From contig CAWCPV010000007.1 of the NCBI GenBank assembly GCA_963797555.1, positions 224,001 to 288,000 of the forward strand: DNA of 64,000 nt, written 5' to 3'. The position numbers and the translations under genes are program-made. The DNA comes from an uncultured Gammaproteobacteria bacterium (lineage in GTDB: Bacteria; Pseudomonadota; Gammaproteobacteria; CAWCPV01). Below the pieces are notes generated by a model, which was not told where the DNA came from, did not search any database, and worked only from the letters and a program-made list of their open reading frames with translations. Shown in pieces: positions 9,313-19,749 of the stretch. Numbering within the stretch: position 1 is the first letter of the stretch; each line of letters opens with the position of its first letter.

Positions 9313-10444
9313 GGCGTTGTCGACAAAATGCCCGTCGCCTCTTGACAAGGGGGTGCTGAGCGCTTGGAGAGAAGTTGCTGTAGGGCGTATCATCGCGGCC
9401 AACGCGAGCGTTGGGGAGGGAGTGCGATGAGCAGCGGAGCCCAGTAGCAGGAGCGGCGCATTACCAACTGGTCGGAGTACAACAGGGCGCTGACCAACCG
9501 AGGGTCGCTGACCTTTTGGCTGGGTGAGGACCTCTTGGAGTTGTGGTTCAACCGCACGCCCAAGGCTGCGGGCAGCCGAGGGCTGCACCGCACCTTCAGC
9601 GACCACGCCATCCAGAGGTGTCTGACGTTCAAGGCCGTGTTCCACCTCGCCTACCGGCAGACCGAAGGGTTTGTGAACTGCGTGTTTGCTCTGGGTGGAA
9701 TTGGGCTCAAGGCCCCGGACTATACCGCGCTCGCCAAGCGGGCGAAGCATCTTGAAGTGGCCATCCCGGTGCTTGCGCGGGACGAACCGGTGCACGTGGT
9801 GGTGGACTCCACAGGGCTCAAAGTCTACGGAGAAGGTGAGTGGAAGGTGCGCCAACACGGCATCGGCAAGCGGCGCACCTGGCGCAAGCTCCACCTTGCA
9901 GTAGACGCCGAGCGCCACGAGATCCTGGGCGTCGAGCTCACCCGCTTGGAGAGCGCCGACTGCGAGGTGCTCCCCACCCTGCTTCAGCAAAACGCCGACC
10001 AGCCCCTAGCCAGCGTGAGTGGCGACGGCGCCTACGATACTCGTGAGACTTATCGGGAGGCCGAAGCCCGCGGGGCCCGCCGCGGTGGTGCCCCCGCGCC
10101 GCGGGGCGGCGCTCTGGGAGCCCCTGGGCACCCGCGCAACGCCGCGCTCGAGGCTTGCCGCACCCAAGGCCGTTCGGCCTGGAAACGCACCGTCGGCTAT
10201 CACTGGCGCAGTAACGCCGAGACCGCCATGTTTCGCTACAAACAGATCCTCGGCCCCTGCCTCAGCGCCCGTCTGCCACACACCCAGATCACCGAGGCCT
10301 ACGTGGGTGTCTCCGTGCTCAACCGCATGAACAGGCTCGGTCTGCCCAAACGCGCCAAATAGGGGGAAAACCGGGGAAACCCCTCCTGGGGCCAGGCCCA
10401 TAGTACATTTAATGCGCCCATAAATTTATTTGATCGACAACGCC
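9313..10444 (+). mobile_element. IS5 family (IS903 group) element
   Basis: IRs GGCGTTGTCGACAAAAT / GGCGTTGTCGATCAAAT; 9-bp TSD GCCAGCATC (9304-9312, 10445-10453). Confidence 0.92.
9427..10362 (+). pseudogene. IS903-like transposase (early TAG and local frameshifts)
   Basis: TNWSEYNRALTNRGSLTFW, VVDSTGLKVYGEGEW, WRKLHLAVD, GDGAYD, AETAMFRYK. Confidence 0.85.
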
Positions 10445-10519
10445 GCCAGCATCTGCCTCGCACGTGTTGCCTTGTTCAGTGAGCTACGGAATGCAACCAG
10501 AGAACACGGTCTTTGCCGC

Positions 10520-11779
10520 TTAGGTGCCTATGCAAAATAACTTGAACATCTCAAGGGCGCGAGTGGGGTTGGGAGACAAGCTGTAGTTCCATTCGCCGTG
10601 AAAGTCACAGCGCGTGATAGCCAGGGTTTTCATGTCTTGGTCCGTGACTTTTCTGCCGGTCTCGTAGCTGCCCTTATCGAGTTCGGCCCGAATGGCAAGC
10701 CCTTGGCGGGTCCGAGTGTGGCTGATCAAGGAGACGATGGCCATTTGGCTGGTCAAGGGACGGCCACGCCAGTTCTCGGTGATGTGACAGAACATGCGGT
10801 GCTCGATCTTGTTCCACTTGCTCGTTCCAGGCGGAAAGTGTCTGATGTGGATAGCGATGCCTAGCTCGTCGGCAAGCTGTTGCAGCATCAGCTTCCACAA
10901 CCGGACTCGGGCGCCATTGCTGCCACCACCGTCGGCGGTGATCAGCATCTCCGAGGCCCGGGGATAGACTTGGCTGCCCATGCGGTACCACCAACGCCGC
11001 AGGGTCTCGACGGAGAATTCCGCCGTGTCGTGGGTAATGCCGCGACTTCCCCAGCCTTCGTTGCGAGCGATGTCGTAGACCCCGTAGGGGATGGCCTTGC
11101 CGAGTTCTTGGTCGACAAAGTCATGCAGGTTGACTTGCTCGGGCTCACCCTTGCGCTGCCATTCTCGGCCACTGTTCTTGAACCGCCCGATGAGATCCTT
11201 CTTTTGGGTATCGACCGAGACCACGGGCAGACCCCGCTGCAGAAAATCACTCACGCTCGCACCGATGAACTCGAACTGCGCGTTGCGATCGGGATGGTCC
11301 GAGCCTTCCCGAGTCTTGCGATTGGACTGCATGCTGTAGCCGAGCTCATCGAGCAGTCTCCACACCGTCGCTTGCGACACCCGATGCCCCCTGTCCCGAA
11401 GCTCTGCCGCCAGCTTGGTCGTGCTCTTGCAAGTCCAGCGCAACGGCGACATCGGATCGCCTCGGGTTACCGGATCGAGCAGTCGATCCAGATCCGAGAG
11501 CAGCGTCTCGTCCTGCTCCTGTTGTCGCTTACGCCCACCGCCGGGTCTTCGAATCCTCCGGCGCTCCTCCACCCGCGCCGCTTCCCGACCAGCTCTCCTC
11601 AGCTCCTGCATCCCCGCGTGTACGGTGGTGCGAGATACACCGGCTGCCTTGGCTACACGGCTCACGCCTCCATACCCCAAAGCCGTCGCCTCGGCTGCCA
11701 GACAGACTCGCAACGAGCGCTCGTCCAATAGCGGTGTGAGTATCCGGTACTTCACCCGCAGGGCATCCTCTGCCACCAT
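10520..11779 (-). CDS. ISAzo13 family transposase
   Basis: TRGDPMSPLRWTCKS, SVDTQKK, ITADGGGSNG, HFPPGTSKWNKIEHR, FHGEWNY. Confidence 0.92.
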   Translation of the reverse strand: MVAEDALRVKYRILTPLLDERSLRVCLAAEATALGYGGVSRVAKAAGVSRTTVHAGMQELRRAGREAARVEERRRIRRPGGGRKRQQEQDETLLSDLDRLLDPVTRGDPMSPLRWTCKSTTKLAAELRDRGHRVSQATVWRLLDELGYSMQSNRKTREGSDHPDRNAQFEFIGASVSDFLQRGLPVVSVDTQKKDLIGRFKNSGREWQRKGEPEQVNLHDFVDQELGKAIPYGVYDIARNEGWGSRGITHDTAEFSVETLRRWWYRMGSQVYPRASEMLITADGGGSNGARVRLWKLMLQQLADELGIAIHIRHFPPGTSKWNKIEHRMFCHITENWRGRPLTSQMAIVSLISHTRTRQGLAIRAELDKGSYETGRKVTDQDMKTLAITRCDFHGEWNYSLSPNPTRALEMFKLFCIGT

Positions 11780-11835
11780 GGACCCAGAGCATAGCCAAAA
11801 GCCGGCAACTGTTCAAGTTATTATGCATAGGCGCC
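10523..11835 (-). mobile_element. ISAzo13 family element
   Basis: IRs GGTGCCTATGCAAAATAACTTGAACA / GGCGCCTATGCATAATAACTTGAACA; 3-bp TTA duplication. Confidence 0.9.
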
Positions 11836-12136
11836 TTAGCGACCGGTCATTTGCTCCAGGTTTTCTGGGTACCGAGCCCCTTGCACCGTGATCTTTGAGG
11901 AGGCGCTGTCGATCTCACGGAGATCGGCGGGGGTAAGTTAGACAGCGGTGGCTCCAATATTTTCCTCCAGGCGCTCCAGCTTGCGGGTGCCTGGGATTGG
12001 AACAATGATGTGGCTCCGATTCTCTGAACAGAGGAATCGATTTTGTAGATGGTGAACCGCGGGTGCAGAGTTATCCACGGGGCCGCCGCCCGCCCTTCTC
12101 AGGCGGGAGGCGAGCGGCCCGGTGGGTAACTCGCGT

Positions 12137-12966
12137 TCAGGCTGCGAGCTTTTCGTCTTGCTGCCCATAATACACGGCGTCCGGTGTCTGGTCTCCTAGC
12201 CCTTGATGCCGGCGTCGTTGATTGTAGAAAGTGAAGTACCGGCCGAGTTGGCGCTTGGCGTCCAGGATCGACTCGTACGCCTTCAGATACACTTCTTCGT
12301 ACTTCACGCTGCGCCACAGCCTCTCGACAAAAACGTTATCTATCCAGCGCCCGCGTCCGTCCATACTGATGCGGATGTCATGAGCCAGGAGCGCGCTCGT
12401 GAAATCCTTGTCGGTGAACTGGCTGCCCTGGTCGGTATTGAAGATCTCGGGGCGTCCGTGGAGCATGAGCGCCTCTTCCAGCGCCTCCATACAGAAGGAG
12501 GTGTCCATGCAGTTGGAAAGCCGCCAGGCCAGCACCCGGCGCGAGCACCAATCGATGATCGCCACCAGATAGGCAAAGCCCTTGGCCAGGGGAATGTACG
12601 TGATGTCCGTAGCCCAGACCTGGTTGGGTCGGGTGACCACTACATCACGCTAGCCAAGTAGGGCCATACCTTGTGGCCGGGGTGCGCATCCGAGAGCCGC
12701 GGCTTGCGGTACAACGCCTCGATTCCCATCTTGTCCCTCAATGTCTGGACGTGGCGCCGGCCGACCTCGAAGCCCTCGTCGCGCAACGCCCCGCGCATGC
12801 GCCGGCTGCCATAGAACGGGTGCTTTAGGTGCAGCTCGTCGATTGCCCGCATCAGCGCCAGATCCCGCGCCGACACCGCCACCGCCCGGTAGTACTGGGA
12901 TGAGCGCGAGAGCCCCAGGAGCTGGCACTGCCGCGTCAGCGGCAATTCGGCCACCTTGTCGATCAT
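12137..12966 (-). pseudogene. IS3 OrfB integrase-like transposase (frameshift near 12645)
   Basis: PFYGSRRM, NQVWATDITYI, NTDQGSQF, DNVFVERLWRSVKYE. Confidence 0.85.
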
Positions 12967-13259
12967 CGCTTTGTCGCATCGCCGATGCGACCGAGCGCGA
13001 CGGACAAAAAATCGTTCTCCAGCGTCAGCTGCCCGATCTTCGCCTGCATGTCCTTCACCGACGGCCCCGATTCGGACTTGCGTTCCCGCTCGAACACCTC
13101 GTCAGCGCGGCTCTGCAACTGCTGCTTCCACGCCAGGATCTGACTCTGATGAACCTGAAACTGCGCCGATAACTCCGCCAAGGTCTTGTCGCCCTTGATC
13201 GCCGCCAGTGCCACCCTTGCCTTGAATCCCGCTCCATGATTGCGCCTCTTGCCACTCAT
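12963..13259 (-). CDS. IS3 OrfA (HTH)
   Basis: RRNHGAGFKARVALAAIKGDKTLAEL...KIGQLTLENDFL. Confidence 0.88.
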   Translation of the reverse strand: MSGKRRNHGAGFKARVALAAIKGDKTLAELSAQFQVHQSQILAWKQQLQSRADEVFERERKSESGPSVKDMQAKIGQLTLENDFLSVALGRIGDATKR

Positions 13260-13409
13260 TTGCCGCTCCTCTCAATAGCATCGCCATGATAAAGCGGTTC
13301 ATCCCCTACCACTTATCCCGCCGTACAGATTTCCGGAGCCAGCTCTCAATCCACGGCTTCTGGGCAAGCAGCCAAGCGAGCGCTATCTGAGCAGGTGTCG
13401 CCTTCTTTC

Positions 13410-14057
13410 GGCTCTTTCGGCAATTGTGTGGGTGGTGGTAGTCAAGTAGCATCTGTTCTGACCGGTCGCTTATCACAGCATCTTGTGGTTGGGGTGGTGG
13501 GCGAGAGGCCCTCGCGTGGGGCCGCTCCGCAGGACTCGTCCATAAATCCACAGGCCGTCATCCAAGGGGGGGAGCACCGTGCAGCCCACGCATCTGTTTA
13601 GCACGGCACTGGGCCTGACGGCGCCTTGGGAAGTCACCGAGGTGCGGTTCGACCCCGAGGCTGGGCGCATCGACCTCGATGTGGCGTTTGCCAAGGGCAG
13701 CCGCTTTGCCTGCCCGGCCTGCGGAGTGCAAGGCCAGGCGGTGCACGACACCCGGGAGCGCAGTTGGCAGCACCTGAGCTTCTTTAAGTCACGGGCATAC
13801 CTGCACGCGCATCTGCCGCGAGTGCGCTGCGAGGCCTGCGGCAAGACGACCCAGGTGGAACCGCCGTGGGCGCGCGCCCACAGTGGCTTCACGGCGCTGA
13901 TGGAGGCGCTGGTGGTCACGCTGTGCCAGGCCATGCCGGTGGCGACCGTGGCTCGGCACCTGGGTGTGGGCGATGAGCGCCTGTGGGGGGTGCTCGATCG
14001 CTAGCTCAGAACGGATGCTACTCGACCACCACGATCCACACAATTACCGAAAGAGCC
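13410..14057 (+). mobile_element. Internally deleted ISL3 family element
   Basis: ~50-bp IRs starting GGCTCTTTCGGYAATTGTGTGG; contains only the N-terminal transposase part; no TSD. Confidence 0.85.
13579..14004 (+). pseudogene. ISL3 transposase N-terminal zinc-finger fragment
   Basis: ALGLTAPWEV, CPACG, WQHLSFF, PRVRCEACG, PWARAHSGFT. Confidence 0.85.
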
Positions 14058-14162
14058 TAATTATCTTGTTTGCGATCGGTGGGTTTCTCCTGACAATGCT
14101 GGATGCCGGTGTTCGCGAACCCACATCGCAGTGAAATGCCAAACGACGGTTAGACTGGCGCC

Positions 14163-14642
14163 ATGGCAAGGTCCCGGCTCGTGAACCGAGGCGCCGTGCG
14201 GCGCGAAGGCTATTGGCTGCTTCTCTTGCCGTGCCTGCTGTCGGCCTGTGCATCCACGTCCACCGACGACCTCTGGCTGTATCCCGCCGCGGGTGCGCCC
14301 CAACAGGACGTCCTCAAGGCCCGGCTCACGCGATCGTGCCGCGTCGGAAACTGCCCCGTCCAGCACGCGACCTTGGCGATGCCGGACGGTGAAGTGCTGG
14401 AAGGAGAGATCAGAATGCTTTCCGCTGGCACCGACGTGGAAGTCGTTTCCCGCGCCCCCAGCGGACCGTTGGGTCCTCCCGGCCCGACACCGGGCCGCTC
14501 GGCTGGGCTCCGAGCGACCATGACGGTCCACGACAGGCGCAACACCGAAATGCGTTGCGAGATGACCCTGGCGCGCGCCGGCCGGCACGGTGTGGGCTTC
14601 TGCTGGAACTCTCGCGGTTCCGTCTTTCGGGCTGAGTTCTAG
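14163..14642 (+). CDS. Hypothetical lipoprotein
   Basis: Hydrophobic signal followed by LSAC lipobox. Confidence 0.5.
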   Translation: MARSRLVNRGAVRREGYWLLLLPCLLSACASTSTDDLWLYPAAGAPQQDVLKARLTRSCRVGNCPVQHATLAMPDGEVLEGEIRMLSAGTDVEVVSRAPSGPLGPPGPTPGRSAGLRATMTVHDRRNTEMRCEMTLARAGRHGVGFCWNSRGSVFRAEF

Positions 14643-14651
14643 TACCTTATT

Positions 14652-15270
14652 TCACCTCGATTTTTGGTATAAACGCTGGAGTCTGATGCGAACAACGTCG
14701 GCCCTGAGTATGGCCGCTTGCTTGAGACCCTCCGCCTCCAGGATGTTGGCGCGCTTCTCCCGCTCGGCCTTCATCTGCCGCGCCGTGGCGGCTACGAGGT
14801 CTGCCGGGGGTGCGATCTCCATGATCTCGATGCGCGTGACCTTCACGCCCCAAGGAGTGGTCGCCTCATCCACCACCGTCAGCAGCTTCGCATTGATCTC
14901 GTCACGTTTTGACAGCAACTCGTCGAGATCCATCGAGCCCATGACCGTGCGGATGTTGGTCATGGTGAGGTTGGTGATGGCGAGCTGCAATTGGTTCACC
15001 TCGTAGGCGGCCTTGGCGGCGTCCAGCACTTGGAAAAACACCACGCCGTCCACCTCGACTATGGCGTTGTCGCGGGTGATGACGTCCTGGGACGGCACGT
15101 TCAGTACCTGCTCCATCATGTTCATCTTGCGTCCGACGCGGTCGATGAGCGGGACGATCAGGTGCAGGCCCGGCGGCAAGGTGTTCGTGTAGCGCCCAAA
15201 CCGCTCGACCGTATACTCCATGCCTTGTGGCACGGACTTGATCCCTTGGAACACAAGTACCAGGGCCAGT
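14652..15270 (-). pseudogene. SPFH/band-7 (QmcA-like) protein, truncated at both ends
   Basis: [42 protein letters not shown]; no proper start and C-terminus lost after AAILRA. Confidence 0.75.
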
Positions 15271-15357
15271 GCCGGTGTCCTTCTCCCATGACAGTTGCAG
15301 TCCTGCTCGACCACTGCGCCGGTTGCAGGCCGCATCGGGCGCAAGCATAACGGTTCG

Positions 15358-15390
15358 CGGGGCCGCTCGCGACGATCTCTTCACAGGCTC
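15358..15390 (+). repeat. MITE-family right-end remnant
   Basis: GGCCGCTCGCGACGATCTCTTCACAGGCTC matches the right end of 37090-37230. Confidence 0.55.
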
Positions 15391-15394
15391 CGAT

Positions 15395-16822
15395 TCAGGG
15401 GATCTCCAGAGCGACGAAGTGCAGTTGCCCGTTACGCTCGATCTGCAAGGCCACCGCGTCGCCCGCCTTCATGCTGCTCAGCAGCTCGCGCAGGCGTGCT
15501 GTGCTTGAGACCCGCTCGCGGTTCACGCGGTAGATGATGTCGCCGGCCTTCAGGTCTTCCTCGAATGCCGGTCCCTCCTCCAGGGTGGCGGCCACCAGCA
15601 CGCCCCCGGTCCCGCGCGTTTGGTTGAGCTGTTCGCCCAATCGATGGTCTACGTCCATGACGAAGATTCCGAGCTGAGGAACGAGGTTCCGCTCGTCGAT
15701 GGCCGCCGCGACTGTGGCGGACTCGGACGCTCGCTTGCGCGCTTCGACGGCAAACGGAAGTTTACGTCCGTCGCGCAGGATGTTTAGCTGCAGCGTCGAC
15801 CCGATGGGGGCGCCGTAGAGACTGAGGTTGAGCTGCGGGAGATTCACCACAGGCTTCCCCTCGATGGAGTCGATGACGTTGCCGGGCTGTATGCCGGCCT
15901 TCTGCGCCGCGCTATCTGGCTCCACATCCCGCACCATCACGCCGGCGGTCGTCGGTAGTGCCCAGGCGGCTGCGAGCGTCGGGGTGACCGTGCGCGCCTC
16001 GATACCGATGTCGCTGCGGACGACGCGCCCGCTCCGCCGCAGTTGCCGCACCACGGCGGAGACCAGGTTGCTCGGGACTGCGAATCCGAGCCCTTCATTT
16101 CCGCCGGATTGCGAGAGAATGAGTGTATTGATCCCCACCACTCGTCCCGCCGAATCCACGAGTGGCCCGCCGCTGCTCCCCGGATTGATGGGCGCGTCCG
16201 TCTGAATGTAAGCGATCGGATCCTCTGGATTGAACTGTCTGGCGGTCGAGCTGACGACGCCGAAGCTCACGGAGTCTTGCAAGCCCATCGGACTTCCGAA
16301 TGCCAGCACCACCTGTCCCTGCTGGACCTGGTCAGAATCCCCCAGCGGGAGGTAGGGGAGCCCTGCCTGCGCCACCTCGAGGAGTGCGACGTTGGCATCG
16401 GAGTCCAGGCCCACGACTCGCGCGGGCAAGACCTTTCCTCCGCCCGGGCTCCAATGGCCCAGCGCCGATGCAAGGGCCGTGGAGGGGAGGGTCACCTGCG
16501 CGTGATCGGAGCCGGCCACGACGTGGGCGTTGGTGACGATGTATCCGGCCGGGTCGATGATAACTCCCGAGCCGGAGATCTGCTCTCGGCTCACCACTCC
16601 CTGCTCCGCATTGTCCTCATCCGGCTCGCGGAAGCCCATGGTCACCACCTTAACCACGCAAGGATGGACCCTTCGGGCGAGCTCTTGGACGGACTGGCTC
16701 AGCGCTTGCAGCGATGCCCGCTCAGGCACGGGCGAGTCCAATGGTTCCCCGCAAGTGACGCCCGCAATGAGGAGGGCCAGGAGGGGCAGGCCAATCGCCG
16801 TGGGTCTCATTGCGGTCTTCAC
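15395..16822 (-). CDS. HtrA/DegP-like trypsin protease with two PDZ domains
   Basis: Signal peptide; GSGVII, TNAHVV, IQTDAPINPGSSGGPL; two PDZ domains. Confidence 0.88.
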   Translation of the reverse strand: MKTAMRPTAIGLPLLALLIAGVTCGEPLDSPVPERASLQALSQSVQELARRVHPCVVKVVTMGFREPDEDNAEQGVVSREQISGSGVIIDPAGYIVTNAHVVAGSDHAQVTLPSTALASALGHWSPGGGKVLPARVVGLDSDANVALLEVAQAGLPYLPLGDSDQVQQGQVVLAFGSPMGLQDSVSFGVVSSTARQFNPEDPIAYIQTDAPINPGSSGGPLVDSAGRVVGINTLILSQSGGNEGLGFAVPSNLVSAVVRQLRRSGRVVRSDIGIEARTVTPTLAAAWALPTTAGVMVRDVEPDSAAQKAGIQPGNVIDSIEGKPVVNLPQLNLSLYGAPIGSTLQLNILRDGRKLPFAVEARKRASESATVAAAIDERNLVPQLGIFVMDVDHRLGEQLNQTRGTGGVLVAATLEEGPAFEEDLKAGDIIYRVNRERVSSTARLRELLSSMKAGDAVALQIERNGQLHFVALEIP

Positions 16823-17403
16823 GAGGCGTGGAGCATCGGCCAGGGAGCGGATCCCACCAGGATGGTGCTGGGACCTCGCTGGCTCGTTGCGCTCATGTCA
16901 GGGCGCGGCGCCATCTCGTGGCAGCCCCTCCAATGCGCCGTGCAGGCCCCCTCCTGCGGCCGACAAGCGGCGAGAGGCACGGCAGCGTTTGGGATCACGG
17001 GGCGAAATCCCGACGGCGAAGCCCCGCGCCTCGTTGCGCGGAGCAATGGCGCGGTTCGACGGCGCGGCTTCGGCCTCGCCGAAGAGGCGTCTGTACGGAA
17101 TAAATGGTCCAGGGTTGGCACGGCGGTCTGGCCTCGCGGCTTTGCACTTTGGCGGAGTTCGTGGGTGGAGGGTATTTTCCTCTCAACACCTGTCTCCTGC
17201 CAGGGCTGTCGGCACGGAGATAGCCAGTGCAGCGGCGCACCGGACCGATGGCTCGGCGGGATACATCGCCGCCAGTGGCCGATGGAGGCTGTCCAGCAGC
17301 TTCTGGCAGGCCGCAGGCCGTTGTATCCACGACCAGCTGACCGAGGTCAAAGAGCCACAGGGGAATGCAACTGCTTCGTGCCCGGCCGGACCACCTCGAC
17401 CGA

Positions 17404-17568
17404 GATCGCGTGAATAGGTTGTACGCCACCCCTTGGGGCATCCCGCGGACGTGCCGAATGGTGGTCCTGCCATTCGGTCGCTCCTCGGCTATTCTACGGG
17501 GTGCTCCTTGCCGCCGCGCTCCGTGCGCCACGCTCTCGCGCCCCTCGCGGCGATTTCAACACAAGCTC
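17404..17568 (+). repeat. MITE-family copy with one inner hairpin module
   Basis: GTGAATA...TGTACGCCACCCCTTGGGG...CCGAATGG..CCATTCGGTCGCTCCTCG...ACAAGCTC followed by TGA. Confidence 0.7.
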
Positions 17569-18547
17569 TGAGGCCGTCGTCGGCCCGCGGATGCTCCGCT
17601 CGGGAAGCCGCAATTGACTGCGCCGGCGCGCCGCTTTGCAAGCATCCGCATCGACGCCTGCCGCACGCTAGCGGAAATGATAGGCGAGCGCCAAATTGAC
17701 GCTTACATCCTCGATGGGAAATTCTGTTTTGCCTTGGCATGTTCGTGGGACCCCGCAGGCTGTAGGAAGACAAGAAGTTGTTGTACCGCGCCAAAATGCT
17801 CATAGACCAGCGGTCCCCGAACCGCCACCCCGCTCCGGCCTCGACCTCCACGCCGACGGCGACGTTGCTCGACCAGCCGAGATTCCGTTGATTGCCGAGG
17901 GAAGTGAACTCGGGCACTCCATTGACAAGCCTGACGTTGTCGAAGCGTACGATGGCTTTCTGGGAGGCAAAATTGACCGACGGTCCCACGCCCACCTCCA
18001 GCTTCCCATCCGGCGCCTCACCGTCGGCAAGCCATCCATGGCGGATTTTGAGCAGGATGCCGACGGAATCGAGCGACCCGATGCTGTGCAAGGTGCTGTC
18101 GCCCGAAAGATTGGTGTCCCGTTGTCCCGGACTGGAGAGAACCTCCGAGTAGCTTCCGGGACTCGACCCGAGGCCGAGGTCCTGGTGACTGTAGTCGAAG
18201 GACACGCCGAGATTCTTCGCCCAAGCACCGAGGAAGCTGAACCACGTTCCTAGAGTCGCCCCATACGCCACAGCGGCGTCCGGTGTTGCGCGGCTGCCGG
18301 GGTCCGCGGTGGTGGTCAGGGGGGATGCGGAAACGGCGGCGACTTCGCCGGGCGTGACCTTCGCGGTCGAAGCGGGCCCCACGCCCCCGACGCCGATGCG
18401 CACCTCTGCGAAGACCCTATCGAGGTCCGTCAAGACTGCCGGCGTGCCCGTCGAGACGTCCCCGGTTCTCTGGGCCAAGACCGCAGGCGCCCCGCCCAGG
18501 GGAAGGGCGGATAGGAGAGCCATGGCACCACGGATCGGGGCTTTCAT
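17489..18547 (-). CDS. Putative outer-membrane beta-barrel protein (3' end uncertain)
   Basis: Signal peptide; alternating beta-strand pattern (LGVSFDYS, LEVGVGPS, VEAGAGWRFGDRWSMSILARY). Confidence 0.5.
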   Translation of the reverse strand: MKAPIRGAMALLSALPLGGAPAVLAQRTGDVSTGTPAVLTDLDRVFAEVRIGVGGVGPASTAKVTPGEVAAVSASPLTTTADPGSRATPDAAVAYGATLGTWFSFLGAWAKNLGVSFDYSHQDLGLGSSPGSYSEVLSSPGQRDTNLSGDSTLHSIGSLDSVGILLKIRHGWLADGEAPDGKLEVGVGPSVNFASQKAIVRFDNVRLVNGVPEFTSLGNQRNLGWSSNVAVGVEVEAGAGWRFGDRWSMSILARYNNFLSSYSLRGPTNMPRQNRISHRGCKRQFGARLSFPLACGRRRCGCLQSGAPAQSIAASRAEHPRADDGLRACVEIAARGARAWRTERGGKEHPVE

Positions 18548-19066
18548 GGTTTTCCTCAGTGCTCAGGCGAGTGGTCCACCGCCTCCGGAGTCGCTCCTGG
18601 GGAATCACAGGACAGCCTGCGGGTCGCGCCTGCCGGAGACGCCAGGGTAGCAATTGCCGCTGCGGCTCGCTGCGCGCGGACGGAGCACCTCGCTGGCGCC
18701 GGGTTTGCGGCGCTCGTATGGTTGGAGAGGAAAGAGAGCCAGCGTGCACTCTAGCGAGTCGTTCCGTTCGAGTGCTATCGGGGAGATCCCTGGGCGAGTC
18801 GAGGGTTAACCCTTTGCACGGGCGGCGTGTGGGAGCCCGAAGTGGGGGCGCTCGTGGCGCGCCGAACGAAGCTGTAGGCTGTGCAGCGGCGCGGGAAACG
18901 GCATTGGGCTTGGCTTGGCGTGACGGCAGCGGCGAGTGGCCGCCGCGGCGGGGGCCGTCAGGAGCCCGACAAGGGCTCACCCATGCCGTCGCCTGGCTAG
19001 TGGTCCGGGTCGACGCGACCGTGTGGAGTGGCTATTCTGTTCCGCAATAGGCTTGCGCGCTGCAAA

Positions 19067-19657
19067 ATGCCCACGCACGGAGATACCGGTTCGGCTGGCG
19101 ACGGAGGGTTCTCCACTTCCGCCCCCCCCGAACCTAGCGAGACCAACGGGTTTCTGACGGAGCACGTCAGGCTGCTTCGCGACAGCCTGATCCGCTGGGG
19201 CGGTCGGGATCTCATTGCACCCGGGGTGCCGGAGGGCGAGGCGGCCTCGTGGCTCTACCACGCGCCCTTCGCCGTGGTTTCCCACAACGCCGATGAGGAT
19301 CCGACGTTCACCTACGGCAATCGCACCGCCCTCGATCTGTTCGAGCTGTCTTGGCAGCAACTCACGTCTCTGCGGTCCAGGCTCTGCGCCGATCCCGTCG
19401 CGCAGCAGGAGCGCGACAGGCTGCTCCATGAGGTAGCGACCAAGGGAGTCATCCAGAGCTACTCGGGGGTGCGTATCTCCCGCACCGGTCGACGCTTCCT
19501 CATCCGCCAGGCAACGGTGTGGAACCTCGTCGACGCCGAGGGCAGATACCGCGGCCAGGCCGCAATGTTCGCCGACTGGGAGGCTCTGCCGGGAGACAGC
19601 GAGTCGGGCGCCGAGCCTGCACCACCCGGCGGCACTCGACATCCGCTTGGCCGATGA
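19067..19657 (+). CDS. MEKHLA (PAS-like) domain protein
   Basis: APFAVVSH, DPTFTYGNRTALDLFE, YSGVRISRTGRRF, VWNLVD..G..RGQAAMF. Confidence 0.88.
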   Translation: MPTHGDTGSAGDGGFSTSAPPEPSETNGFLTEHVRLLRDSLIRWGGRDLIAPGVPEGEAASWLYHAPFAVVSHNADEDPTFTYGNRTALDLFELSWQQLTSLRSRLCADPVAQQERDRLLHEVATKGVIQSYSGVRISRTGRRFLIRQATVWNLVDAEGRYRGQAAMFADWEALPGDSESGAEPAPPGGTRHPLGR

Positions 19658-19749
19658 GGATCGGACCGGCGACCGCGGGTGCGGTTGCGGGACCACCATC
19701 GCGACGCGCAGGAGATCTATTCACCAGCGCTCAGAGCTGATGAAAATAC

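Larger units (their letters stand above)
12006..13348 (-). mobile_element. IS3 family element
   Basis: IRs TGAGAGCTGGCTCCGGAAATCTG / TGATGTGGCTCCGATTCTCTG; orfA/orfB arrangement. Confidence 0.88.
11836..13409 (-). pseudogene. Aldo/keto reductase C-terminal remnant split by IS3 and truncated by ISL3
   Basis: KKATPAQIALAWLLAQKPWI | VPIPGTRKLERLEENIGA...GARYPE; internal stop near 11938. Confidence 0.8.

Noticed and set aside
16530-17417. Long plus-strand ORFs (295 aa and 456 aa)
   Set aside because: Overlap the HtrA gene antisense, show no recognisable domain and are expected by chance at this GC content
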